Made by a program: the position numbers and the translations under genes
Source: a virus
DNA length: 64,000 bases
Direction: 5' to 3' (one strand)
Virus record (IMG/VR): IMGVR_UViG_3300033066_002009
Location: 8,961 to 72,960 of that record
The notes under the pieces: generated by a model
Database searches by the model: none
Seen by the model: only the letters and a program-made list of their open reading frames with translations
What the model was told of the DNA's origin: nothing
Shown here: positions 9,242 through 18,287 of the stretch, one piece after another
Position numbering within the stretch: the first letter of the stretch is position 1
Layout of the letters: each line of letters opens with the position of its first letter

Positions 9242-9900
9242 CCCCGGATAATCAGAACAAGCGCATTCGAATTATGCTGGTCCTGAATTGTGTCGCCTTC
9301 GCCATTGCCGGCGCGAACATCATTTCGGCGGCCTATGCCAATGATCGAAGTGCCAGCGCCCGCGCTATGCTGACGGAAGCCAGCGCCTCTTTGGCCCACG
9401 CAAATGCCGTTCTCGAGCAAGCGAAAGCCGCGCGAAAGCAGGAGTGCGCAGAGCTGATGACGCCGCCGCCCGCCCCCTCCGAAGGCGCTGCACCGGCTCC
9501 TTCAGAAGGCCCACCAAACCCACGTGATCGTGTGGTCCACTGGAGCATCAAGGACATGCGTGTCGGCGTGGCCACGGTGTTCGGCGGAACCGCGACGGAT
9601 CACCTGGACAACCCTGATGACCGCCTGGCATGCGCCTGGCCGGTTTGGGGTATCAGAAATCGCCGACTCCAGCCCGATGATCTCGTGGTGGCGACGTACG
9701 TTCTCCCCTGCGGAACCAACGTCCTTCTTCATCTGCCTCGGACCAATAAGTCAGTCATGGCCTTGGTTGGTGATCGAGGACCGGGACGCACGAAGCACAA
9801 CCCTGAACTTCGTCAGACGGATCTCGACATCTCTGAAGCTGCCGCAAAGGCATTGGGCCACAACGGCAAGGAGGAAATCGTATGGGGGGTGGTCAAGTAA
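9238..9900 (+). CDS. secreted RlpA-like double-psi beta-barrel (DPBB) domain protein, putative cell-wall-active
   Basis: N-terminal hydrophobic segment, Ala/Pro linker, then VGDRGPGRT...DLDISEAAAKALG. This resembles the RlpA/3D domain. Confidence 0.45.
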   Translation: MTPDNQNKRIRIMLVLNCVAFAIAGANIISAAYANDRSASARAMLTEASASLAHANAVLEQAKAARKQECAELMTPPPAPSEGAAPAPSEGPPNPRDRVVHWSIKDMRVGVATVFGGTATDHLDNPDDRLACAWPVWGIRNRRLQPDDLVVATYVLPCGTNVLLHLPRTNKSVMALVGDRGPGRTKHNPELRQTDLDISEAAAKALGHNGKEEIVWGVVK

Positions 9901-10160
9901 AGCGATACCACCGACTGGAGGCATACACCTTTGGCGTGCCAGACTCTGTTCTGCGCACGCCATTGTTTTGCCTGTTGTGTCATGTGGCGCTGTTTCTGCA
10001 CGGCAAGTCCATCTACGACGGTTCCCTTTATTTACGTTGTAAGAAATGCATGAGCCGATTGTGCACTTCGCAGATACATCGAGAGAATTGTTTGTACGAG
10101 CCTGACGCCATCATAACGTCGCCGCCATTTCAACAGTTGACACAGGAGGAGTTTGAATGA
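9882..10160 (+). CDS. N-terminal xYTFG zinc-finger small protein
   Basis: Sequence EAYTFGVPDS...CLLCH...CKKCMSRLC. Confidence 0.5.
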   Translation: MGGGQVKRYHRLEAYTFGVPDSVLRTPLFCLLCHVALFLHGKSIYDGSLYLRCKKCMSRLCTSQIHRENCLYEPDAIITSPPFQQLTQEEFE

Positions 10161-10453
10161 CGATCGCGTTGTTTGTTTTTGCGGCTTGGACCGCTTGTGC
10201 CGCCACGGCGGCATATCTCGCTGGCCTGTCAAAAACCGCGTATGACGGCGAAGATGTTTTTGTCATGTGCCTGTTCGCGCCGTTGTCGCTGGTTTACATG
10301 ACCGCCAAGATTGCGCATGAGTCAGGAGACCGGAAATTCCGGCTCGAACGGGAGGCGATAAATCACGCAGCTGCCCTGCGAGAGCAGCGCCGTCTTTGTG
10401 AACTGGAAGCTGCGAAGGATGAACTCAAGGAATTCAAGAGGCTCAGCAAATGA
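10157..10453 (+). CDS. small membrane protein
   Basis: Two hydrophobic helices, then a charged coiled segment. Confidence 0.4.
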   Translation: MTIALFVFAAWTACAATAAYLAGLSKTAYDGEDVFVMCLFAPLSLVYMTAKIAHESGDRKFRLEREAINHAAALREQRRLCELEAAKDELKEFKRLSK

Positions 10454-10785
10454 AGATCATCGGACGGCTTGAGGATGGATATATCTTGAGTGCCACGAAA
10501 GCCGAGGTCGCACACATCGCAGGATGGGCACATCACCAGACCATGTACGAAAGCGCGGCAAGCGCCGTTCGTCATCGTGACCGATATGAGTTCAATATCG
10601 GCACAGTGATTGATATTGGCGACTGCTGGCGACGGTTCAACGCTTTTCTCCAGAGTGTTGACGCTCGAAAGACCGCCGCGAAGACGTTGCAATCGCTCAT
10701 CGACGCTTTGGAGATCCCGATGCCGTTGATCGACGGCGACAAGCACGAACCGGCCAAGGCACCGACTGTCCTTGAAATAGATTAG
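10450..10785 (+). CDS. hypothetical protein
   Basis: 111-aa ORF overlapping the upstream stop. Confidence 0.4.
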   Translation: MKIIGRLEDGYILSATKAEVAHIAGWAHHQTMYESAASAVRHRDRYEFNIGTVIDIGDCWRRFNAFLQSVDARKTAAKTLQSLIDALEIPMPLIDGDKHEPAKAPTVLEID

Positions 10786-10788
10786 ACC

Positions 10789-11037
10789 ATGGCTCACCGG
10801 CATTCCGTTGATTATTATACCTTCGGATTCGGGTACACACTGGTCCACCGTCGTGTCATGTGCGCAGTTTGCTTCGCGGAGGTTGGCCTCTATTTTTCCT
10901 CTGACGCGAGAGACCCCATTTACCCGCGCTGTCTTTGGTGCGGTGGCTTAGAGTGCCATGACCGGACCAATCCCTGTTCTTTCCGAGGAGGCTATTTCAA
11001 CCATGTTGTGGGAAATTCTGGTTCCGACGGTCCGTAA
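10789..11037 (+). CDS. N-terminal xYTFG zinc-finger small protein
   Basis: Sequence VDYYTFGFGY...CAVCF...CLWCGGLEC. Confidence 0.55.
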   Translation: MAHRHSVDYYTFGFGYTLVHRRVMCAVCFAEVGLYFSSDARDPIYPRCLWCGGLECHDRTNPCSFRGGYFNHVVGNSGSDGP

Positions 11038-11314
11038 TGATGGAAAGCCGTTTCGAACGCGCTATCACCGCGTGTGGGATCAAAAGGTCCGTGCAATAAG
11101 CGGTGGAATTACCATCATGCCGGTGGCCAAGGGTCAATGGGTGTCTCCCGATGGCGCTCTTTTCCAAGAGCGCATGATCCCCGTTCGGATCGTCGCAACA
11201 AGAGCGCAGATCGAGGCGATCGTAGACATCACGCTGCGCTATTACGACCAGCTGGCGGTTCTCGCGTACAAAGTATCCGATGAGGTCATATTGCGGCACA
11301 GGCAAGGAGGGTGA
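11003..11314 (+). CDS. hypothetical protein
   Basis: RBS GAGGAGG then ATG. 103 aa. Confidence 0.45.
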   Translation: MLWEILVPTVRNDGKPFRTRYHRVWDQKVRAISGGITIMPVAKGQWVSPDGALFQERMIPVRIVATRAQIEAIVDITLRYYDQLAVLAYKVSDEVILRHRQGG

Positions 11315-11317
11315 CGC

Positions 11318-11539
11318 ATGGTGCTACATCGTTTAGCTAGTGTAGGTTACACGTTCGGCTGGGCTTACAAGTTTGATAAAGAGCTACCCCTGTGCGCAAA
11401 CTGCAATATTCCACTGTTTGGCACGATGGTACCGCCCACTTGTCGGTGGTGTATGGGTTTAACATGCGCCGGTCACACGCTTGAATCCGCGTGCGCGATC
11501 AATCTTCGGAAGGCATACAGCATTAAAGGAGGCCCCTAA
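11318..11539 (+). CDS. N-terminal xYTFG zinc-finger small protein
   Basis: RBS AAGGAGGG. Sequence VGYTFGWAYKF...CANCN...CRWCMGLTC. Confidence 0.6.
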   Translation: MVLHRLASVGYTFGWAYKFDKELPLCANCNIPLFGTMVPPTCRWCMGLTCAGHTLESACAINLRKAYSIKGGP

Positions 11540-11754
11540 TGCACCCGTGCACCACGATCGCATACACGTTTGGTTGGGCGTCAAGTTACGACGCCAATCC
11601 GCCTACTTGCGAAAGGTGTGGTATCCGTCTTTTGGTAATCGACGGAATCCCCGCGTGTCACTGGTGCCTGTCTGACTCGTGTGATGGACACGGCAGCGGG
11701 TCTTGTTGTGACCTGGGTACCTGGCCTCAGCGTACTTCTAAACGGTCGGGCTGA
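11539..11754 (+). CDS. N-terminal xYTFG zinc-finger small protein
   Basis: RBS AAAGGAGG. Sequence IAYTFGWASSY...CERCG...CHWCLSDSC. Confidence 0.6.
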   Translation: MHPCTTIAYTFGWASSYDANPPTCERCGIRLLVIDGIPACHWCLSDSCDGHGSGSCCDLGTWPQRTSKRSG

Positions 11755-11987
11755 TGCAAGGTCATTATTTAGAGGGATACACATTCGGACACGCTTACCG
11801 GCTAGATCATGCTTTAGCTCTCTGCACGCTTTGTGGGATGGTAGTTACCCTGGATAGGTGGGACTTACGTTGTTATTGGTGCCACGCCATTGATTGCCAA
11901 GGCGACCACTTTCATGTCCCGCGTTGCAAGGAATTGACTGACTATGCGATCGCATCTACAAAATCCGATTTTGCGGCGGCCCGCTGA
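11754..11987 (+). CDS. N-terminal xYTFG zinc-finger small protein
   Basis: Sequence EGYTFGHAYRL...CTLCG...CYWCHAIDC. Confidence 0.55.
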   Translation: MQGHYLEGYTFGHAYRLDHALALCTLCGMVVTLDRWDLRCYWCHAIDCQGDHFHVPRCKELTDYAIASTKSDFAAAR

Positions 11988-12000
11988 CAAAGGAGCTGTA

Positions 12001-12528
12001 ATGGATCCACTTCGACATGTAAAATTCTTCGCAGCTACGAAACATCGAGGACAGGAATACGCGCTAGGGTTGCCGTACACTCATCACCTTGCAAATGTGG
12101 AGGCGGTATTAAGGCGTTTCGGAGTCGGAAACCCTTTCCACGATCCGGGTAACTACGTGGCGCAGGATGACGAGGACGTGCTAACGGCTGGCTGGCTTCA
12201 CGATATCGTAGAGGACACGGAAACGTCAATCAAAGAAGTCGAGGAAATGTTCGGCCCGCGCGTGGCCGTCCTCGTTTCCGCCGTAACGAACGAGCCCGGG
12301 CCCAATCGAAAGGTGCGAGCCGCACTTACATACCCGAAGATCCGCGCTTGCCCCGGGGCTACAATGCTCAAGCTCGCGGATCGTATCGCTAATGTCGAAA
12401 TAGGTGGAAATCTCGTCTCGATGTATGCGAAAGAGTACGAGGATTTTCGCCGAGCCCTGTACACTGCAGGAGAAAACGAGGCCATGTGGGCACACTTAGA
12501 CGCATTATTGCTCGCATCAAAGGTGTAA
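12001..12528 (+). CDS. HD-domain phosphohydrolase (RelA/SpoT-type (p)ppGpp hydrolase-like)
   Basis: RBS AAAGGAG. Motifs YTHHL and GWLHDIVEDT. Size and motifs fit a small alarmone hydrolase. Confidence 0.6.
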   Translation: MDPLRHVKFFAATKHRGQEYALGLPYTHHLANVEAVLRRFGVGNPFHDPGNYVAQDDEDVLTAGWLHDIVEDTETSIKEVEEMFGPRVAVLVSAVTNEPGPNRKVRAALTYPKIRACPGATMLKLADRIANVEIGGNLVSMYAKEYEDFRRALYTAGENEAMWAHLDALLLASKV

Positions 12529-12779
12529 CGGGCGACGCTTATTGTGAGCACTATTCATTCGGTACCCTCACGTTGAGGGGCCAGTGGGTACCCGGTCCAG
12601 AATTGTTCTTTGGCCGATTCACAATGGTCGGCCACTGGTGGAGTGACAATGTTGTTGTAGACGGGATACCTTCGTGGCCCCTTAAATCCATACTCCTTGA
12701 GGAAGTAGGGCACTTCAGTGTTTGGGCAAAAGAAAGGGGTATCCGTGAATATCACGAGCGTGGACGAATACCTCGATAG
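12486..12779 (+). CDS. hypothetical protein with YSFG motif
   Basis: Contains CEHYSFGTLTL. Confidence 0.35.
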   Translation: MGTLRRIIARIKGVTGDAYCEHYSFGTLTLRGQWVPGPELFFGRFTMVGHWWSDNVVVDGIPSWPLKSILLEEVGHFSVWAKERGIREYHERGRIPR

Positions 12780-13029
12780 ATACACGTTTGGGGTTGTCGT
12801 GCCGGAGGGCGCGAACATACAGTCCCTGTGTATCTTTGAATTTACTCGAGACATAAACTCAAAACCCGTCCGGACAACTCGCGCAAATAACACACTAATG
12901 AAGCATTTTAAGGGAGAGGCCGACAATGAAGCGCAAAGCAGAGCGTGGCTGCGGGCGCTAGCAGCCTCCAATGATTTCATGCGCTGGTGTATTTGGAGAG
13001 GAATCCATGAGCATATTTTTCACGAGTGA
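12745..13029 (+). CDS. hypothetical protein with N-terminal xYTFG motif (GTG start)
   Basis: RBS GAAAGGGG. Contains DRYTFGVVVPEG. Confidence 0.4.
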   Translation: MNITSVDEYLDRYTFGVVVPEGANIQSLCIFEFTRDINSKPVRTTRANNTLMKHFKGEADNEAQSRAWLRALAASNDFMRWCIWRGIHEHIFHE

Positions 13030-13591
13030 CGAGCATTATTACCACGAGAACATCATCAAGTTCGCAAAGCGCCCCTTCTCAGGTCTCCCTGAGATGCACG
13101 AAGCGCTGATTGCGGGGCACAACGAAGTGGTCAAGTCAAATGACGAGGTTTACCATCTAGGTGATATCGCGTTCTGCGACGTCGCCCACCTGCGAGAGAT
13201 TGTACGCAGGCTCAATGGTAAGCACCACTTGATCTACGGAAACCACGACGCCAAGCGACTCCTTGGCGTGCGGCCAGCGCTTTACGGCTTCGAGACCGCC
13301 CGTGCGTTTCACGAGATCCGTGTGCCTGACGAAACCGTGACCAAAGGGCGCTGCAAGGGCACGCAGCCTATTGTCCTACTTCATTACGCCATGCGTGTGT
13401 GGAACAAGTCGCACTACGGAGCGTGGCAGCTTTACGGCCACAGCCACGGCACGCTCAAAGATGACCCTCATGCCCTTCAGCTCGACGTAGGCGTGGATTG
13501 CTGGGATTACAAGCCAGTGTCATACGAGCGTGTGCGTGAGGAGATGAAGAAGAAGCTCTTTATTCCCGTTGATCAGCACGGAGCGGACTAG
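13007..13591 (+). CDS. calcineurin-like metallophosphoesterase (second copy)
   Basis: RBS GGAGAGG. Motifs TSDEHY, GDIAF, GNHD and GHSHG. Confidence 0.65.
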   Translation: MSIFFTSDEHYYHENIIKFAKRPFSGLPEMHEALIAGHNEVVKSNDEVYHLGDIAFCDVAHLREIVRRLNGKHHLIYGNHDAKRLLGVRPALYGFETARAFHEIRVPDETVTKGRCKGTQPIVLLHYAMRVWNKSHYGAWQLYGHSHGTLKDDPHALQLDVGVDCWDYKPVSYERVREEMKKKLFIPVDQHGAD

Positions 13592-13833
13592 TGGACGGGT
13601 ACACTTTCGGCGTGATGTCCCGTAACGGGACCGTGTCCACTGAAATGCGCCCGCGATTTGACCCATGGATCCGGCATCTTTTTCAAGTTGGCTTACGTTC
13701 CTAGGCCTGAAAAGCGCGATAAAAAATGCCTGACGTCTATACCTTTGATATTTCTATTCGAAATGGCAGCGTACTTATAGGGCACGGACTCCGTTATTCG
13801 GCGCTGCTCAATCCAGTTACTTGAGAGGAACTA

Positions 13834-14427
13834 TTGAACAAGCAAGAGGAACTGACGCACCGCAAAACTCTCCTCGGCGCTAGCGAGATTATCGACCGGC
13901 TATGGGTTGGCCGATTCATCCCCGCTAAGATGTCCTCCTGTTCCGCCAATGGCCGACAGATGCAAGACGCAGGATTTGACGTGTACGTTCCGTGTGCGGC
14001 GGAGTATCAAGGGATTTTCGACAAAAGGAGTTGTCACCACCTGCAGGTCATACCTTGCCCACTTCACGACAATTATTGCACCGTCAGTCGCGCAGAGAAG
14101 TTGCTTTTGATCCACGACGTTGTAGACAAGATCGTCAACCTTCACCGAGCCGGTAAACAGATCCTCGTTTGCTGCGCCGAGGGTCGAAATAGAAGCGCTT
14201 TGGTTGCGGCCCTTGTGGTCAAACGTCTTAAGGCAGTGTCTGGAGAAGAGGCCGTTGCGCGCTTGCGAGAACAGAGAAATCCTTATTTTTGGAATCGTTC
14301 GACAAGCGCGTGGGGGTTTCCCTCTAATCAATCTCCGTATAACTATGTCCTGACTAATGAGACATTCGAAGAATACGTGAAGACCGAGCAACCGGTTTCA
14401 CCGGATAAATTCTCCGATCGTGGGTAA
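13834..14427 (+). CDS. dual-specificity/protein-tyrosine phosphatase (CX5R)
   Basis: RBS GAGAGGA then a TTG start. Active-site motif VCCAEGRNRSA (HCxxGxxRS). Confidence 0.6.
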   Translation: MNKQEELTHRKTLLGASEIIDRLWVGRFIPAKMSSCSANGRQMQDAGFDVYVPCAAEYQGIFDKRSCHHLQVIPCPLHDNYCTVSRAEKLLLIHDVVDKIVNLHRAGKQILVCCAEGRNRSALVAALVVKRLKAVSGEEAVARLREQRNPYFWNRSTSAWGFPSNQSPYNYVLTNETFEEYVKTEQPVSPDKFSDRG

Positions 14428-14457
14428 AAGAAGCTGACAACCAAAAAAGGAGCGTGC

Positions 14458-14844
14458 ATGAAGTCGAAAGGCCTGACGGTGGTGGAGTTGATGGTCGGTA
14501 TGGTGGCGCTGTTCGTGCTCGGCGTCATCGCAGCGGCGTTCATGGGGGTCTTCAAGATCGAGCACCAGGACGTCCTCCGCGACAACATGCAGAAGTACAG
14601 TGTCAGCATGGGCTACACCTTCCTCGGCGGGTCGTGTTCCGGCGTCGACTCTGACGGCGATGGCTACGTCAGCTGCGACGCGCGCGTCCAGGAGGGCGTT
14701 GACTCGCGTGCCATCGCACTCGATTGCGAGACCACTCGCGGATGGCGCAGTGTGCTCAATGCCGGCGCGTGCCGCGAGTCGAAGAATCGCGGCATCAACA
14801 ACATCGGAATCGGCGGCGCCAAGCCCGCCAACGGAGGCGACTGA
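14458..14844 (+). CDS. prepilin-type N-terminal domain protein (type IV pilin/pseudopilin-like)
   Basis: RBS AAAGGAG. N-terminus MKSKGLTVVELMVGMVALFVLGV matches the class-III signal (G|FTLIELM) plus a hydrophobic helix. Confidence 0.5.
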   Translation: MKSKGLTVVELMVGMVALFVLGVIAAAFMGVFKIEHQDVLRDNMQKYSVSMGYTFLGGSCSGVDSDGDGYVSCDARVQEGVDSRAIALDCETTRGWRSVLNAGACRESKNRGINNIGIGGAKPANGGD

Positions 14845-15083
14845 TGGCAGAGGAACGCCCAAAGAGAGTCGGACGGCCTGTTCGTGGCCCCGAAGGGCAG
14901 AGCATCTTCCCCTTCGAGATCGGGGATACCATGCCGGAACACCCAAGGCCCCTGACAGCAGCTGACTGGCTCGATATGATGACGACGCTGGGGTGGACGG
15001 AGTACGCGATGGACGGCTGGATCACCGAACTCCGGTGGGTCAGCATCGCTGATGCGCGGAAGCGACTCCTGCCCGACGGGTAG
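14844..15083 (+). CDS. hypothetical protein
   Basis: 80-aa ORF followed by a strong terminator. Confidence 0.4.
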   Translation: MAEERPKRVGRPVRGPEGQSIFPFEIGDTMPEHPRPLTAADWLDMMTTLGWTEYAMDGWITELRWVSIADARKRLLPDG

Positions 15084-15107
15084 AAGGCCGCGAACAACGT
15101 ATCACAA

Positions 15108-15143
15108 GAAGGCGCCCGTGCCGTGCGGGCGCCTTCTTTTTTG
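15108..15143 (+). terminator. rho-independent terminator
   Basis: Hairpin GAAGGCGCCCGTGCCGTGCGGGCGCCTTC followed by T6. Confidence 0.7.
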
Positions 15144-15152
15144 CTCTTTGGA

Positions 15153-15163
15153 GGTAAAAGAAT
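15153..15163 (+). promoter_or_regulatory. promoter-like motif GGTAAAAGAAT (extended -10-like)
   Basis: About 22 nt upstream of the RBS of the radical-SAM gene. The same motif recurs at 22810, 24323, 51104, 21264, 17365, 14423, 35818 and other sites. Confidence 0.5.
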
Positions 15164-15184
15164 TTGCCACCGAGGAGGCCGCTA

Positions 15185-16048
15185 ATGCTCGTCAAGGTCA
15201 CGAACGATTGTGAAATGGGATGCTCCCACTGCATGGAGGACAGCCGTCCGAAGACGGGTCAGCACATGACTCTCGAGGTCTTCGCCAAGACGCTCGATCT
15301 GATTCGACGTCTCGAGACCGAGGCGCGGCGGCGCGTCAACTACCGCGTCGTGCTTCTGAGCGGTGGCGAGCCCACGGACAATCCCAACATCATCAAGATG
15401 ATGGAGATGGTCTGCGAGCACGATCTGGGGCTGGTTCCGTGGCTGCTCACCCACGGGATGTGGATGGCCGACCCCGCGCGCCGCAAGGAGCTGATGCGCC
15501 GCGAGTGGAAGCACACGTGTTACCAAGTGACGAACGACCCGTTCTTCTATCCGAAGGACGTCATGGGGAGCAACTACACCAGCGAAGAACGCGTCGCTTC
15601 GATGAACATCGCCTTGCAGGACCCTCGGATCGTCGCAATCGGGAAGGTCACCATGATTTTCCCGATCGGTCGTGCGGCCACGAATTCCCGTGTCCTGCGG
15701 AATTCACCGGCGCCACCGCGCACGATCCCTACCTCCTTCAACTTCCGCGAGCTGACGCGCCGCACGGGCGATGTCCGCGAGGCCATCGGCATCTACCGGC
15801 AGAACGCAGTGACTGGGGGGCTCTCCGGACACTGCGCTCCGTCGGTCACCCACGAGGGCAAGCTCGTCGCAGGGGAGAGCCGCTTCTGCTGGGAAGTGGG
15901 CACGGTGGATTCGTCCTCGGCTGAGATCACGGCGAACGTGATCGCGATGGGGTCGTGCAACCGCTGCGGGCTCGAGGACAGGCTCGACGACCGGTTCCGA
16001 AAAATCATCGGGCTCCCGCCCAAGGAGGTGGCTAATGATGAGCACTGA
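15185..16048 (+). CDS. radical SAM domain protein
   Basis: RBS GAGGAGG. CxxxCxxC motif CEMGCSHC and LLSGGEPT. Confidence 0.65.
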   Translation: MLVKVTNDCEMGCSHCMEDSRPKTGQHMTLEVFAKTLDLIRRLETEARRRVNYRVVLLSGGEPTDNPNIIKMMEMVCEHDLGLVPWLLTHGMWMADPARRKELMRREWKHTCYQVTNDPFFYPKDVMGSNYTSEERVASMNIALQDPRIVAIGKVTMIFPIGRAATNSRVLRNSPAPPRTIPTSFNFRELTRRTGDVREAIGIYRQNAVTGGLSGHCAPSVTHEGKLVAGESRFCWEVGTVDSSSAEITANVIAMGSCNRCGLEDRLDDRFRKIIGLPPKEVANDEH

Positions 16049-16628
16049 CGAGCTGAAGGGCCTCGTCGAGCGGCTGTTCAATGTGGCGCAGTATCCGGAG
16101 GTCGCGCCGCTCAAGGATGCGATTCGCGTGCAGGGCATGGCGACCGCGTTCCTCCTCTCGACGACGTTCCTGCGTGACAAGTTCCCGAACGTTGATGTGC
16201 AGCGTCACGCGGGACGAATTCTCGATGCGGTCGAGAGCGGCAAGGTCTTCCTCTCGGTCGACTCGGCGTTTGACGCGCTGCACTTCCTGAGCGTGCACAG
16301 GACGGAGGTCCCGACGTCATCGCCGCCCCAGTGCTTCTCGACCATCATCTTCCCCGTCAACTGGCTGGAGATGTTCTCGTCCGATCCGGTGACGCAGCTC
16401 GGTGCGATCATCCACGTGGGAAGCCACGCGGCTGACGCAGCCGCCGGACGAATCCCTCCTGGGTTCGAGAACGAGGCAAAGGCCCGCGCTCTCGCATGGG
16501 AGGCGGAGTTCTACTTCGCCGTCGCGCAGCACATTCAGGGGTGGATTCCGAACGAAGGACAGCGCCGCGTCATGGGGCTCTACCCCGACGGAATCGAGAC
16601 TTCGAAGATCAAGATGATGATCTGGTAG
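16035..16628 (+). CDS. hypothetical protein
   Basis: RBS AAGGAGG then ATGATG. 197 aa. Confidence 0.5.
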   Translation: MMSTDELKGLVERLFNVAQYPEVAPLKDAIRVQGMATAFLLSTTFLRDKFPNVDVQRHAGRILDAVESGKVFLSVDSAFDALHFLSVHRTEVPTSSPPQCFSTIIFPVNWLEMFSSDPVTQLGAIIHVGSHAADAAAGRIPPGFENEAKARALAWEAEFYFAVAQHIQGWIPNEGQRRVMGLYPDGIETSKIKMMIW

Positions 16629-16642
16629 GAGAGGGACGACAC

Positions 16643-16897
16643 ATGTTCGAGAAGCTGATGTTGGCCTACAACCGCTGGCGCTACGGCATCAAGAAGTACA
16701 ATCTCGCGCTGCACTACAAGGGTATCACCTACGTCTGCGCAGCTCACGAGTTTTCGTGCCCCCCTGGTGATCTTGAGGAAATCCAGCGGGACGTCGCCGG
16801 AGAAGAGATCGCGAACTTCCTCGCGGCGAAGGGCGCATTCGCTGACGGGGCTTCGGCGCAGCTTCAGTATCAGTGGTTACCCACTTCGAAGCAGTGA
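16643..16897 (+). CDS. hypothetical protein
   Basis: RBS GAGAGGG. Confidence 0.4.
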   Translation: MFEKLMLAYNRWRYGIKKYNLALHYKGITYVCAAHEFSCPPGDLEEIQRDVAGEEIANFLAAKGAFADGASAQLQYQWLPTSKQ

Positions 16898-16959
16898 CGT
16901 TCAACGCCGTGCAACGAGAAACGGTGTCATCGCGGCACCGTTTCTTTTTAGGAGCCAAA

Positions 16960-17190
16960 ATGAAAACGAATCACAGACGAGGATTTATCGCAAAGAGTGA
17001 CCCTACGGCAGAGGCCGGTGTAGTCAGCGCCAAACTTTCCGATGGAACGCGTGTAATGGCGTTTTTCAACGGCCATTCAGTTAATGGTAATCAAGGACGG
17101 GCTCGCGCAAAGAGCGGAGCAAAGCGCAGGCTTCACTCGCTTTCACGCATGGCTGATAAACGATTGACAAAGAATGGAGTCGAAGAGTGA
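16960..17190 (+). CDS. small basic hypothetical protein
   Basis: RBS TTAGGAG then ATG. Confidence 0.4.
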   Translation: MKTNHRRGFIAKSDPTAEAGVVSAKLSDGTRVMAFFNGHSVNGNQGRARAKSGAKRRLHSLSRMADKRLTKNGVEE

Positions 17191-17400
17191 GAACTCGGAT
17201 GAAGACTGGCCACGTCCCAGGTGACCTCGGTCAGTCTGTGAAATAAGCCTTGCTGGAGGGCCGACACCCAAGTAGGCGCCTTAGCAAGTCTTTCAAGAAG
17301 ACGCATTTGATGAAGGAGCGTGCGGTTCTCAAAGAGAGGGTTCGCAAGGAACTCAAGGCCTATAGGTAAAAGTATATAGACCCCTTCAAAAGGAGCCCCC

Positions 17401-18270
17401 ATGTACCTGCGCAGCTTTTCTCTCACCGTAGTTTTCATCATCTGCAGTGGCGGTGTTTGTCACTCGGAGGAGCCGATGCCGGCATCTTTGCCGGCGATCA
17501 ATGAGAAGTTCGACCGCCTGTGGGACGTCATTTCCAAGGATGATGACCTCCGTGCCAGATGGTACACCTCGTCCGCTCTTGAGCGGCACCAGGACGCCTG
17601 GGTACGTCTTCGTGCGGAAGCCGCCGCTGTGGTGCTCCGTCCGCGTACGAATGCCCAGTTGGTGAGTTCGAGAAGTGTGATCCGACTCTCGCAGGGCATG
17701 GTTGACGGGAGGCCTGTTCTCCTGCGCACAGATCGGTATGTCCGCAAGGTGGACTTCGGCGTCAACCCACAGCGTGCTCGACTGGGTAGAATCCTCGATG
17801 CGCAGTTCGGTACGCGATATCCGTCTGATGAGACGTGTTTCTATACGTCCGAGACAGAAGACGGCTCCCGTACGAGGGTCCCGAACTCAGAGTGCCCGAC
17901 GTTGTACCAGTCCCCTCCTTCGACTACTTCGAAGTCCGCCGCCCTGAGGATCGTCGAAGCGTCTTTCCCGCAGTACGCTGGGAAGACCATCTACGTACAC
18001 AATACCTGGGAATACGCGCACAAGTACAACAGCGTCGCCTATGCCGACTATGAAGAAGAGACGTGGGCCGTCCCCGGCAAGCGCTACATCGATTTCGAGA
18101 TTGATGCGCCGGACATCATCAAGGATCCCCCTGTCGGCGCGTTCCTGGTCGGCGGAGACCCTGGTGCGGCTATTCATTTCCAGAAGGTCGGTCACGGATG
18201 GGAGGCCCACATTGTGGTAAACAACTCAGCACCCCTCCTCATCGACGTCACGTTCCATCGCAAACAATGA
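17401..18270 (+). CDS. secreted hypothetical protein
   Basis: RBS AAAGGAG. N-terminal signal peptide MYLRSFSLTVVFIICSGGVCHS. Confidence 0.55.
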   Translation: MYLRSFSLTVVFIICSGGVCHSEEPMPASLPAINEKFDRLWDVISKDDDLRARWYTSSALERHQDAWVRLRAEAAAVVLRPRTNAQLVSSRSVIRLSQGMVDGRPVLLRTDRYVRKVDFGVNPQRARLGRILDAQFGTRYPSDETCFYTSETEDGSRTRVPNSECPTLYQSPPSTTSKSAALRIVEASFPQYAGKTIYVHNTWEYAHKYNSVAYADYEEETWAVPGKRYIDFEIDAPDIIKDPPVGAFLVGGDPGAAIHFQKVGHGWEAHIVVNNSAPLLIDVTFHRKQ

Positions 18271-18287
18271 ATAGGCGGTAAAAGGAG

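Noticed and set aside
1510-11987. Hypothesis that YTFG is a DNA-level repeat (for example a recurring regulatory site) accidentally translated
   Set aside because: The underlying codons vary at synonymous positions between copies while the peptide is conserved. The flanking Cys ligand spacing is also conserved. Both indicate selection at the protein level.
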